NCBI GenBank assembly: GCA_031416315.1
Contig: JANOTL010000001.1
Span: 1 to 22,547 of the forward strand
Direction: 5' to 3'
DNA: 22,547 nt
Origin: Pseudomonadota bacterium
Lineage (GTDB): Bacteria > Bdellovibrionota_B > Oligoflexia > Oligoflexales > CAIYRB01
In this document: piece by piece, positions 7,416 through 18,639 of the stretch
Layout of the letters: each line of letters opens with the position of its first letter
Numbering within the stretch: position 1 is the stretch's first letter
Position numbers and translations under genes: made by a program
Notes under the pieces: generated by a model
The model's database searches: none
What the model saw: the letters and a program-made list of their open reading frames with translations, nothing else
Told to the model about the DNA's origin: nothing

Positions 7416-8234
7416 TTAGTCTGCCTTCTTGTCGCACGGAATCGCTTCCGCGCCGCGCGTAACCGTCGCCGTCACGTCGGTGTTGCGCGTGAAGTAGAGG
7501 ATCGAGCCTTCGTATTTTGCGACGTTGCTCGACGTGACCGTCAGCTTTGCGCCGTGCGCTTCGCCATCCGGCAAGAGCTCGACCGTCCCGTCGTACCAAA
7601 TGCTCGGCTCGTCCGGCAGGCGGATATCGGCGTTGAACTTGGTGAGGCTTTTCATATGCACGTCCCAGGTACGACCGCCGGCGTCGCTGCAACTCCAGCG
7701 CCCGACGTAGGGATGCGCGGGAGCCGTCGTCGTCGGATTTCTCGGCGTGCTCGGGCCGCTCGTCTTCTCGAGAAGGAGGCGCACGCGCTCGTTGGTGAGC
7801 TCGAGGCCGGGGCCGACCACCACGTAGTCGAAGGTGAGCTTGCTGCCTTTGTTGCCCATCACCGAAAGGTTCGACTCGCTGACCGTCAACATCAGGCTGC
7901 GGGCGCCGAAGTCGCGGAAGGTGCCCTTGACCTGGACGCCCTCGAGCTCGGGGAACGTGAAGGCGAAGGCGCCGCTCGGCGCCTCATCGGAGGATTCTTC
8001 GTCGGCGGTGAAGCTCGCGTTCGCCGTCGTCTCGCGGAGGGCGGAGCCTTCTTCTGCGTCCTTGTTCTTGAAGGTGCCGCTCCAAGTGCCGAGGAAGCTG
8101 ATCGCTGCGGTCGCGTCGCCCTCTCCGCCTTCGCCGGCCCCGCCCCCGCCGCCGCCGCCGCCGCCGGGAGGTACGCTGCAGGCGAGGGAAAACGCACATA
8201 CGAAAATGGAGCCGAAGCTCGTCAGGCGGGTCAT
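7416..8234 (-). CDS. Lipoprotein of unknown function with poly-Gly linker and two GxW-initiated beta-rich domains
   Basis: GGAGG RBS before ATG 8234. MTRLTSFGSIFVCAFSLAC lipobox. FLGTWSG and YVGRWSC open two domains separated by a P/T linker. Confidence 0.82.
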   Translation of the reverse strand: MTRLTSFGSIFVCAFSLACSVPPGGGGGGGGGAGEGGEGDATAAISFLGTWSGTFKNKDAEEGSALRETTANASFTADEESSDEAPSGAFAFTFPELEGVQVKGTFRDFGARSLMLTVSESNLSVMGNKGSKLTFDYVVVGPGLELTNERVRLLLEKTSGPSTPRNPTTTAPAHPYVGRWSCSDAGGRTWDVHMKSLTKFNADIRLPDEPSIWYDGTVELLPDGEAHGAKLTVTSSNVAKYEGSILYFTRNTDVTATVTRGAEAIPCDKKAD

Positions 8235-8406
8235 GGCAGGTCCTCCAGGGATCCTCAGAGTATACAGGATCAAGCCGGCGCCGGCTAAAACCGCAGCGGA
8301 GCCGGGTATTTGCAGCGGTCGCCCGGCGGTCATACGGCGGTCACGCGCGTCTGAGAGCCTGAGACCGAGGGATATGGTATCCCCGAAACTCTTCGAGGCC
8401 GTCGCT

Positions 8407-8961
8407 ATGGATGCGTTCAAAGACCGGATCGCTTATTTACCCGAGCGCGTGCGATGGGCGCTCACTCTCGCGTTCGTCGCGTTGATCTATGCGACGCTGC
8501 CGGTGTCGCGGAATCTGGTCTTGTCGCTGCGCGACGCGCATCTTTTACAGCTCGTCGTCACGATCTTGTATCTGGCCGTCGGCGCCGTCGTGCTCTGGCT
8601 CATGCTCTTTCTGTACCGCATCCGCGATCTCGCGGCATACGTGCTGATGACGGTCTTGGCGGTGATTCTCGGCTACTTCGTGCTCGGGCTCGAGGTGACG
8701 GAGGAACGCGTGCACTTCGTGCAATACGGTCTCCTCGCCGTCGGCGTGTGCTACAGCCTCCGGCCTCGCATCGAGGCGCCGTCGCTCTACCTCTTCACGG
8801 CGGCGCTGACCGCGGCGTTCGGCTTCGTCGACGAGGGGCTGCAGTATTTTATCCCGAACCGGGTCTTCGACTGGCGCGACGTCGGCTTCAACACGATGGC
8901 CGCGGGCTTCGGCACCGGTTTCGCCTGGATTTTCCGCGCGTATTTGGTCGAGGACGCCTAA
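8407..8961 (+). CDS. VanZ-like membrane protein
   Basis: Several hydrophobic helices; ERVHFVQYGLLA and DEGLQYFIPNRVFDWRDVGFN match the VanZ pattern. Start set at ATG 8407. Confidence 0.85.
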   Translation: MDAFKDRIAYLPERVRWALTLAFVALIYATLPVSRNLVLSLRDAHLLQLVVTILYLAVGAVVLWLMLFLYRIRDLAAYVLMTVLAVILGYFVLGLEVTEERVHFVQYGLLAVGVCYSLRPRIEAPSLYLFTAALTAAFGFVDEGLQYFIPNRVFDWRDVGFNTMAAGFGTGFAWIFRAYLVEDA

Positions 8962-9635
8962 TGCGGATCCTGCTCGTCGAGGACGATCCCTCGCTCCAGA
9001 CCGTGGTCGGCTTCGCGTTGCGCAAGGCAGGTCACGACGTCGAGGTGGCGGGAACGCTGGCGGCGGCCAGCGAAGCCTTGGCGCGCGGCGCGCCCGAGTT
9101 CGTCGTGCTCGACGTGATGCTTCCGGACGGCGACGGGTTCTCGCTGGCGCGGGAGGTCGAGGGGCTGCCTTGGCTCTTCTTGACCTCGCGCTCGGAGGAA
9201 ATCGACCGAGTGCTCGGCTTTTCGCTGGGCGCGGACGACTACGTGACGAAGCCGTTTTCCTTGGCGGAGCTGACGCTGAGGATCGAGGCGATCGCGCGCC
9301 GCGCGCGTCCGGCGGCGACGCGCGTCGCAAAAGATCCGACCGAAGAGCCGGTGCGCGGATTGCGCCTCGACGACGCGGCTAGAACGGCGCATTTCGGCGG
9401 CCGGGCCCTCGATTTGACCAAGGCGGAGTTCGATCTGTTGGCCGCGTTGCTCAAGCACCGGCGGCAGGTCTGTACGCGCGAGATGCTGCTGGACCTCGTC
9501 ACGAACGAGAATCTGGACGTCGCCGACCGCGCCATCGACGCGCACGTGAAGCGCCTGCGGCGGAAATTCGCGGGGCTCGGGGTCGATCCGATCAAGACGG
9601 TGCGCGGCGTGGGGTATCGCTATGAGGTCGATTAG
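8961..9635 (+). CDS. OmpR/PhoB-family response regulator
   Basis: LLVEDD, LDVMLP (phospho-Asp), GADDYVTKPF, winged helix IDAHVKRLRRK..IKTVRGVGY. TAATG overlap with the VanZ-like stop. Confidence 0.95.
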   Translation: MRILLVEDDPSLQTVVGFALRKAGHDVEVAGTLAAASEALARGAPEFVVLDVMLPDGDGFSLAREVEGLPWLFLTSRSEEIDRVLGFSLGADDYVTKPFSLAELTLRIEAIARRARPAATRVAKDPTEEPVRGLRLDDAARTAHFGGRALDLTKAEFDLLAALLKHRRQVCTREMLLDLVTNENLDVADRAIDAHVKRLRRKFAGLGVDPIKTVRGVGYRYEVD

Positions 9636-10581
9636 CCAGCGGCTCTTTTTGGTGAATTTGATCGTCGTCATTGTCGCGCTCGCGGCGTGGCGGATCGGCT
9701 TCGATTTGGAACCTGCGCTCCAGTTGCGCTTCGGCGCGGCGATGGCGGCCGTGCTCGCGGTCGTCGTCCTGGTGCAGGTTTATCTAGCGCAAACGGTGAC
9801 GAAGCCGGTGCGTCGCCTGGTCGCGGAGATCGATCGAGCGCTGGCGGAGGGTGCGCCGCGCGCGATCGAAGTGAAGGGGCATGACGAGCTTGCTCTTCTG
9901 GCAGCGCGCTTCAACGAATTGCAGGAGAGGATCGCGCGGCGAATCCGCGAGCTGGAGCAGTTTGCGGGAAACGTCTGTCATGAGATCCGCACGCCTTTGG
10001 CCTCGATCCACGCGGCGGCGGAGTTGGCGGGCGACGCCCCGTTCGCTTCTCTCATCCGCAGCGAGGCGAAGCGAATCGAGGCTCTCACGAACACGATGCT
10101 AGACTATGCGCGGGCCTTGCACGCGGCGCCGAATTTGGCGCGTGCGCCCGTGGACCCCAAAGCTTTGCTTGAAGCTTTGGCCGCCGAGCCTGCGTACGTC
10201 GGGCGCGTCGTCATTCTCGATGATCGCGAAAATGGGCGGCGCAAACCTTGGCAGACGGATGCGACCCTATTGACCCAAGCGTTGCGGCCGATCCTAGACA
10301 ATGCGCTGCGATTCGCGCCCGCGGGGGAAGCGGTGGAGCTGCGACTCGCGGACGAGGCGATCGTGGTGAAAAATGGGGGGCCATGGATCCCGGAGGTCTA
10401 TCTCGACCGCGTGTTCGAGCGCTTTTTCTCGGTGCCGGTGGCGGGCGGGCGCGCGGGGACCGGGATCGGCCTAGCCCTGGCGCGGGACTTCGCCGAAGCC
10501 TTGGGCGCGAGGCTCGAAGCCATGAACCTGGCCCCACGGGGCGTCGCCTTCTCGCTAGCGTTCCGCGCCGCCGGAACGTGA
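9622..10581 (+). CDS. Sensor histidine kinase (2 TM, HAMP, HisKA, HATPase)
   Basis: HAMP (DELALLAARFN), H-box CHEIRTPL, N-box ILDNALRF, G2 GTGIGL. Overlaps the regulator by 14 nt. Confidence 0.93.
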   Translation: MRSISQRLFLVNLIVVIVALAAWRIGFDLEPALQLRFGAAMAAVLAVVVLVQVYLAQTVTKPVRRLVAEIDRALAEGAPRAIEVKGHDELALLAARFNELQERIARRIRELEQFAGNVCHEIRTPLASIHAAAELAGDAPFASLIRSEAKRIEALTNTMLDYARALHAAPNLARAPVDPKALLEALAAEPAYVGRVVILDDRENGRRKPWQTDATLLTQALRPILDNALRFAPAGEAVELRLADEAIVVKNGGPWIPEVYLDRVFERFFSVPVAGGRAGTGIGLALARDFAEALGARLEAMNLAPRGVAFSLAFRAAGT

Positions 10582-10587
10582 TAGAAT
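10579..10587 (+). promoter_or_regulatory. Possible extended -10 promoter TGaTAGAAT for the 10624 cluster
   Basis: TG-n-TAGAAT overlapping the kinase stop codon, 36 nt before ATG 10624. No clear -35. Confidence 0.35.
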
Positions 10588-10623
10588 CTCCGCACTTCCT
10601 CCCTGGATTTTCGGAGCGTGCGC

Positions 10624-11801
10624 ATGAGGTGTTGGAGCTTGCTCGGCGGCTTGATCGCCGCTGGTTTGCTGACGGCGGGTTGTCAGCGCGCTGAGCGCAA
10701 GGTCGTGCAGGCGCCTCAGCCTGCGGCGCCGATGACGCCTCCCCCTGCGGGAACGCCCGCGACCCCCGTGCCCGGAACGCCGGCGACGCCGGGAGGCGTT
10801 TCGCCGAACGCTACGGGCAACACGCCCGGAGCGACGACGCCTGGGACGCCCGAAAGCCCGTCTGGCGTGGCGCCGTCCGGAGGGCAACCGCCAGCGACTC
10901 CGCCAGCGACGCCACCTGCGACTCCGCCAGCGATTCCGCCAGCGACTCCGCCAGCGACGCCACCTGCGACTCCGCCAGCGATTCCGCCAGCGATTCCGCC
11001 AGCGACGCCACCTGCGACGCCACCTGCGACTCCGCCTGGAGCCGTGATTCCCCCGTCGCCGCCCGCGACGCCACCACCTACGCCACCTGACGTGCTCATA
11101 CCTCCAGAGACCATTCCTCCCGGCGAAGCGATTCCGCCCGAGCCGATCACGCCGCCGGGTGGCGTGATTCCGCCGGCGCCGATCACGCCGCCGCCGGGCG
11201 GGGTGATTCCGCCGACGCCCCCGACTCCCCAGGGCGTCGTGCCGCCCCTGACGCCGCAACCTCCTGGCGTTATTCCGCCCGACGGCTTTCCGCCGGGTGA
11301 TCCGAACACGCCGACGACGCCGCTGGCGCTGGATCTCGATGGCGATGGTCTGATTCGCGCAGCGGCGGATTTCGTCCGCTTCGACCTCGATGCGGATGGC
11401 ACCGTCGAGGCGCGCGCTTGGATCACCGACGGGGACGGCTGGCTGGCGCTCGATCGCAACGGTGACGGTCGCATCAACGACGGGTCCGAGCTCTTCGGCT
11501 CGGCGACGAAGCTCGCGACCGGCGGGATCGCGGCCGACGGATTTGCCGCGCTAGGCGCCGACGACCTCGATCGTAACGGTTTGATAGACGAGCGAGATCC
11601 TGTTTACGCGACGCTTGTCGTGTGGCGCGGCGCGGAGCTCTTGCCGCTCGCGAAACTCGGCGTCACGTCTTTGTCAGTCGCGGGGCGGCAGCCGTCGGCG
11701 GCCGAACGCGGCCCCCTCTTCGTCCTCCTCGAAGGCGACTACATGAAATCCGATGGGACCCGCGGTCGATTGATGGACGTCATCGTGCAGCGAGGTGCCC
11801 C

Positions 11802-11805
<4 letters not shown>
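10624..11805 (+). CDS. Lipoprotein with Pro-rich stalk and C-terminal FrpC SPM-like Ca-binding domain (Thr-Pro variant)
   Basis: [27 protein letters not shown] lipobox, about 200 aa Pro/Thr/Gly stalk, then [57 protein letters not shown]. Confidence 0.88.
10888..11031 (+). repeat. 12 x 12-bp coding tandem repeat (PPAT/PPAI)
   Basis: Units ccgccagcga(ct/cg/tt) and ccacctgcgac(t/g). 10888-10935 and 10936-10983 are identical 48-mers. Confidence 0.95.
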
Positions 11806-14426
<2,621 letters not shown>

Positions 14427-14463
14427 GCGTAGAGTGGCCTCCTCTTACTAGGAGGACCCTCAC

Positions 14464-14928
14464 ATGCTCACGAAGATCCTGACAGCCGGCTTGATGCTCG
14501 TCTCGACCGCTGCGCTCGCGACGCCCGAAAATCCGATCATCCGCAAGACCAACTACGCCGGCTACACGATGCCCCAATACGGCTACAGCGTCGTCTGCGA
14601 CATCTTCGCCGATCGCGTCGTCGTCGAGCGCACGTTCGGTCGCAGCGAAGGCGAGAGCGCCGGTTTCTCCGAGACGCGCAACGTCTCGCTCTTGGGCGAG
14701 TACGCCGCCACCATCGCAAAGGCGGCAGCGGAGCCCGAGGAAACGTGGACGACGCCGTGCGACGGTCCGTCCGACGACCTCACGGCCTTCCGAACCTTGG
14801 AGAACGGCACGTTGGAATCCGTCGTCCTCGAAAGCTCGGGCGGCTGCGGCGTCGACGGACGCAAGCGGACCGGACCCGCGACGCACGTCCTCAAGGCGCT
14901 CGCGATGAGTCTTTGTCCGGCGCTCTGA
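14464..14928 (+). CDS. Secreted hypothetical protein (Sec signal, 4 Cys)
   Basis: AGGAGG RBS at 14450-14455; MLTKILTAGLMLVSTAALA signal peptide; 154 aa. Confidence 0.85.
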   Translation: MLTKILTAGLMLVSTAALATPENPIIRKTNYAGYTMPQYGYSVVCDIFADRVVVERTFGRSEGESAGFSETRNVSLLGEYAATIAKAAAEPEETWTTPCDGPSDDLTAFRTLENGTLESVVLESSGGCGVDGRKRTGPATHVLKALAMSLCPAL

Positions 14929-14940
14929 AGGCCTGCACCG

Positions 14941-17900
14941 TTACTGCGCCGTAGCGCCAGAAAGCCGCTGACCGGAATCCGCCGGCAGCGACGTCGCCGC
15001 TTTGCCTTCTTCTTTGAACGCCTTACGCAGGTGCGCCGGCAGATCCTTCTGCATGTCGACGCCGACGACCTTCGAGACCCCCGGCTCCTGCATCGTGATC
15101 CCGTACAGCGTATCGAGCACTTCCATCGTCCGACGGTTGTGCGTGATGACGATGAACTGGAACTGATGCGCCAGCGCTTCGAGGACGCGGTTGTAACGAC
15201 CGACGTTGGCTTCGTCGAGCGGGGCGTCGACCTCGTCGAGGAAACAGAACGGCGTCGGCTTCGTCTTCAAGAGCGCGAAGATGAGCGCCATCGCCGTCAG
15301 CGCTTTCTCGCCGCCGGAGAAAAGGCTCATCGGCTTCTGGCTCTTGCCCGGGAGGCGGCAGAGAATCTCGATGCCGCCGATCAGCGGGTTCTCCGGGTTG
15401 GTTAGCTCAAGCTTGCCTTCGCCGGTGGGGAAGAGGATCGGGAAGAGGCCGCCGAACTCGCGGTTGATCTGCTCGAAGGACTCGAGGAACTTCCGCAGCG
15501 AGGTGTCCTCGATCTCGGCGATCGCGGCCTGCAGCAGGTCGATGGAGGAGATGACCTCGTCGCGTTGCTTCGTGATGAAGTCGCGGCGCGTCGTCTTTTC
15601 CTCGAACTCTTCCAGGGCCATCATGTTGACGGCGCCGATCGACTCGATCTTCGAGCGGAGGCGCTGCACCGAGCGCGTGCGCGACTCGTAGTTGAACTCG
15701 AGGTCGCGCTGGAAGGCGAAGGTCTCGAGGTCGAGCTTGTACTTCTCGATCGCCTGCTCGGTAACGCCGGCCATTCCCATCTTCAGCCGCTCGACGGCCA
15801 TGCTCTTGTCGTTGACCTGCTTCGTGAGCTTCGATTGGTCGTCGCGGTAGCCGCGCAAACGCGAATCGATGACGCGCAGCTCCTCGAGCAGGTCGGCGTT
15901 CTCCGCCCTGCGGCCGGAGTAATCGCTTTCCAGGGCTTCGCGCTCGTCCAGGAAGCGCTGGATGTCGCCCTTCGCCTCGGCGAGCTCGCGCGTCGCGTTT
16001 TCGGTGTCTTCGGCGATGCGTAGGCGCTCTTCATAGCGGCGTGCGAGCTTGTTCTGTAGGAGCTCGAGCTGGGCCTTGCTGTTGGCGAAGCTGTCGCGAA
16101 GGGCTTGCGCGCGCGCTTGGAAGCGGGCGAGCTCGAGCTTCTTCGTGTCGTGCATCCGCTTCGTCTCTTCGCGCCGGTCGACGAGAGTCTGCGACTCCTC
16201 TTCGATCGTCGTCAGCTCGGTCTTCGCGGTCGCAAGCTCGCGCTGGAGGGAAAAGCGGTTCTTGGAGAGGTTCTCTTTCTCGTCGTTCAAGCGCGCTTCG
16301 TTGGCGCGGGCCTTGGTAAGCGAAGCCTGGCAGGCGTCGATCAGCTCTTTTTTGCGGTCGAAGAGCTGCTGGACGGCTTGCAGCGCCGAGAGGACCTGGA
16401 TGACGCCGGCATTCTGCTGCTGCAGCTTGGCGTCGATCTCGGCGATGACGGCGCGGTCGTTATGGATATCGTGGTCGAGCTGGTCGATCTCCGCCTGCGT
16501 GCGCCCGAGGTCGACCTCGATGACCTTGAGGTCCTCGGCGAGCTTCTCCAGCTCGGTCTTCCGCGAAAGGAGGCCGCCGGCCGCCTTGCCGCCGATGACG
16601 AAGTCGTCCTGGCCGGCGAAGGTGACGCCTTGCGAGGTGAAGACGACGAGCCCGTCCGGGGCTTGCTTCAGTGTCTCTTCGTCGAGCGCCAAGGAGGGCA
16701 GCAGATAGAGGCGGTCGATCAGGCGGCTTACGCCCGGGACCGCGTCCTCGACCTTGAGGAATTGGCGAAGCGATTCGGCGCCGGCGCTTTCGGCCCACGC
16801 CTTCGCTTGGCCGGCGTCGACCTCTTCGCAACGCGACAGGAGGCAGACCGGGATCGACCCGAGGCCGAGTTTCCCGGCGGCGCGGACGAGGTCGTTGAAG
16901 CCGTCGAGAGAGTCGACGACGGCCCGTTCGGCCCAGCGCTCGAAGGCCGCGGCGGCCTTCGGGGGCAGCTCGCCGGCGGCGGCGGTGAAGGCGACGAAGT
17001 CGGCGATCAGGCCTTTGACGGCGCTGGCGGCGTGCGGGTCGCCTTCGCGGAGCTTGGCGAGGTCGCCGGCGATGTCGGTCGCGCCCGCGTCGAGCTCTTG
17101 TAACGAGGTGTAGCGCGCGCGAGCCGTGTGGTAACGCTCTTTCAGCGTGTCGCGCAGCTGGTTCGCGGTCTTGATCCGGGAATAGCGTTGCGCGACCGCG
17201 CCTTCGCGGTCGTGCTTCTCGCGGATCTCTTTGTCGAGGCCGGCCTTGGTGTTGCCCGCGGCTTCTTCCGCGACGCGCAGATCGCCTTCGGTCCGGGCGA
17301 GCTCTTCCTGGAGAGCCGCGGTGCGCTCGCTCTCGGTCTTGATCTCGTTCAACGTCTTCGCGAGCTCGGTCTCGGCGCTCTCGGTGCGGAACTTGTTGCT
17401 CTCGATCAGGCGCTCGAGGTTCCGAATCTCGTCCTCGAACTCGTCCATGCGGCCTTGGTAGACCTGCGCGGCTTCGTCGGCGGACTCGACTTCGTACTCG
17501 AAGTTCTCGATGGCTTCCTGCAACGACCGTGCGGAGCTCTCGGCGCTCCCCATCTCGTTGCGCGCGGCGTCCACCTGCGTCTCGAGGACTTTCAGGTTGG
17601 CGTCGTCCTCTTTCAGCTCCTCTTCGATGGCGGAGAGACGCTTGGCGCCCATCTCGATGCGTTGGTCGCCGGATTTCAGCGTCGATTCGCTGCGGGCGAT
17701 CTTCTCACGGATGATCGAGATCTTTTCCTGCAGAACCTGGAGCTCGGGATCGGACTCGTCGATGGTCGACTGGAGCTCGGTGTGACGGACCTCGAGGCCG
17801 GCCATGTTGGCGATCGTCTCGGCTTCCTTGAGGGAGGCGAGCTCGAGCTCACTGGTAAAGCTGATCAGCTGGTCGCGGAAGTGGTGGTAGTTGTGGGCGA

Positions 17901-18603
17901 AGAGGGAGACCTCGTCCTCGCGCAGCTTGTCGGAGAGCTCTTGGTACTCCTTCGCTTTCGCGACCTGGTTCTCCAGGGAGCCGATCTGCTTTTCGACTTC
18001 GGCGAGGATGTCCTCGATCCGGGACATATTGAGGTTGGTCTGCTCGAGCTTGCGCTCGGCCTCCGCCTTGCGGTTCTTGAAGACCATCGTGCCGGCGGCT
18101 TCCTCGATGATCTCGCGGACGTCCTCGGGCTTGGCGTTCAGGATGCGCTCGACCTGACCCTGCTGGATCATCGAGTACGAGCGGCCGCCGAGGCCGGTCG
18201 TGGCGAAGAAGCCGACGATGTCTTTGAAGCGGCACGGCTTCTTGTTGATCATGTACTCGCGCTGCCCGTCGGCGTAGAGGCGACGGGTGAGCGAGATCTC
18301 GGTCTCGTGGCGGTATTCCGGGGGGCAGAAGACACTGTCGTCGGAGTTGTCGAAGACGAGGGAGACCTCCGCCATGCCGAGTGACTTGCGTCGCTCGGAG
18401 CCGGCGAAGATGATGTCGGTCGCCTTCTCGCCGCGAAGGTTCTTGGCGTTCTGCTCGCCCATGACCCAGCGGACCGCGTCGATGACGTTGGATTTGCCGG
18501 AGCCGTTGGGACCGACGATGCCGGTGATGCCCTTGTCCAGGGAGATCACGACACGGTCGGCAAAGGACTTGAAGCCCGAGCAGATAATTTTCTTCAAAAA
18601 CAT
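14941..18603 (-). CDS. smc: Chromosome segregation protein SMC
   Basis: GFKSF, Walker A GPNGSGKSN, Q-loop IQQG, long coiled coils around a hinge, FSGGEK signature, LDEVDAPLD, ITH; 1220 aa. Confidence 0.98.
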   Translation of the reverse strand: MFLKKIICSGFKSFADRVVISLDKGITGIVGPNGSGKSNVIDAVRWVMGEQNAKNLRGEKATDIIFAGSERRKSLGMAEVSLVFDNSDDSVFCPPEYRHETEISLTRRLYADGQREYMINKKPCRFKDIVGFFATTGLGGRSYSMIQQGQVERILNAKPEDVREIIEEAAGTMVFKNRKAEAERKLEQTNLNMSRIEDILAEVEKQIGSLENQVAKAKEYQELSDKLREDEVSLFAHNYHHFRDQLISFTSELELASLKEAETIANMAGLEVRHTELQSTIDESDPELQVLQEKISIIREKIARSESTLKSGDQRIEMGAKRLSAIEEELKEDDANLKVLETQVDAARNEMGSAESSARSLQEAIENFEYEVESADEAAQVYQGRMDEFEDEIRNLERLIESNKFRTESAETELAKTLNEIKTESERTAALQEELARTEGDLRVAEEAAGNTKAGLDKEIREKHDREGAVAQRYSRIKTANQLRDTLKERYHTARARYTSLQELDAGATDIAGDLAKLREGDPHAASAVKGLIADFVAFTAAAGELPPKAAAAFERWAERAVVDSLDGFNDLVRAAGKLGLGSIPVCLLSRCEEVDAGQAKAWAESAGAESLRQFLKVEDAVPGVSRLIDRLYLLPSLALDEETLKQAPDGLVVFTSQGVTFAGQDDFVIGGKAAGGLLSRKTELEKLAEDLKVIEVDLGRTQAEIDQLDHDIHNDRAVIAEIDAKLQQQNAGVIQVLSALQAVQQLFDRKKELIDACQASLTKARANEARLNDEKENLSKNRFSLQRELATAKTELTTIEEESQTLVDRREETKRMHDTKKLELARFQARAQALRDSFANSKAQLELLQNKLARRYEERLRIAEDTENATRELAEAKGDIQRFLDEREALESDYSGRRAENADLLEELRVIDSRLRGYRDDQSKLTKQVNDKSMAVERLKMGMAGVTEQAIEKYKLDLETFAFQRDLEFNYESRTRSVQRLRSKIESIGAVNMMALEEFEEKTTRRDFITKQRDEVISSIDLLQAAIAEIEDTSLRKFLESFEQINREFGGLFPILFPTGEGKLELTNPENPLIGGIEILCRLPGKSQKPMSLFSGGEKALTAMALIFALLKTKPTPFCFLDEVDAPLDEANVGRYNRVLEALAHQFQFIVITHNRRTMEVLDTLYGITMQEPGVSKVVGVDMQKDLPAHLRKAFKEEGKAATSLPADSGQRLSGATAQ

Positions 18604-18639
18604 CGGCAGGTTAACCCGATGAGAGGGACGTTTGTGCTG

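Noticed and set aside
7834..8406. N-terminal extensions of the VanZ-like ORF and of 7416..8420
   Set aside because: They overlap opposite-strand genes; RBS or lipobox evidence supports starts at 8407 and 8234.
10888..11031. Possible CRISPR array
   Set aside because: Contiguous 12-bp coding units with no spacers and no cas genes.
10716..11477. Gly-rich minus-strand ORF resembling TonB-like GGVAGG repeats
   Set aside because: Mirror of the Pro-rich repeat; the + strand gene has RBS, lipobox and a real domain.
14941..18603. SMC as part of a Wadjet/MksBEF or other defence system
   Set aside because: Canonical housekeeping SMC motifs and length, with no jet/mks partner genes adjacent.
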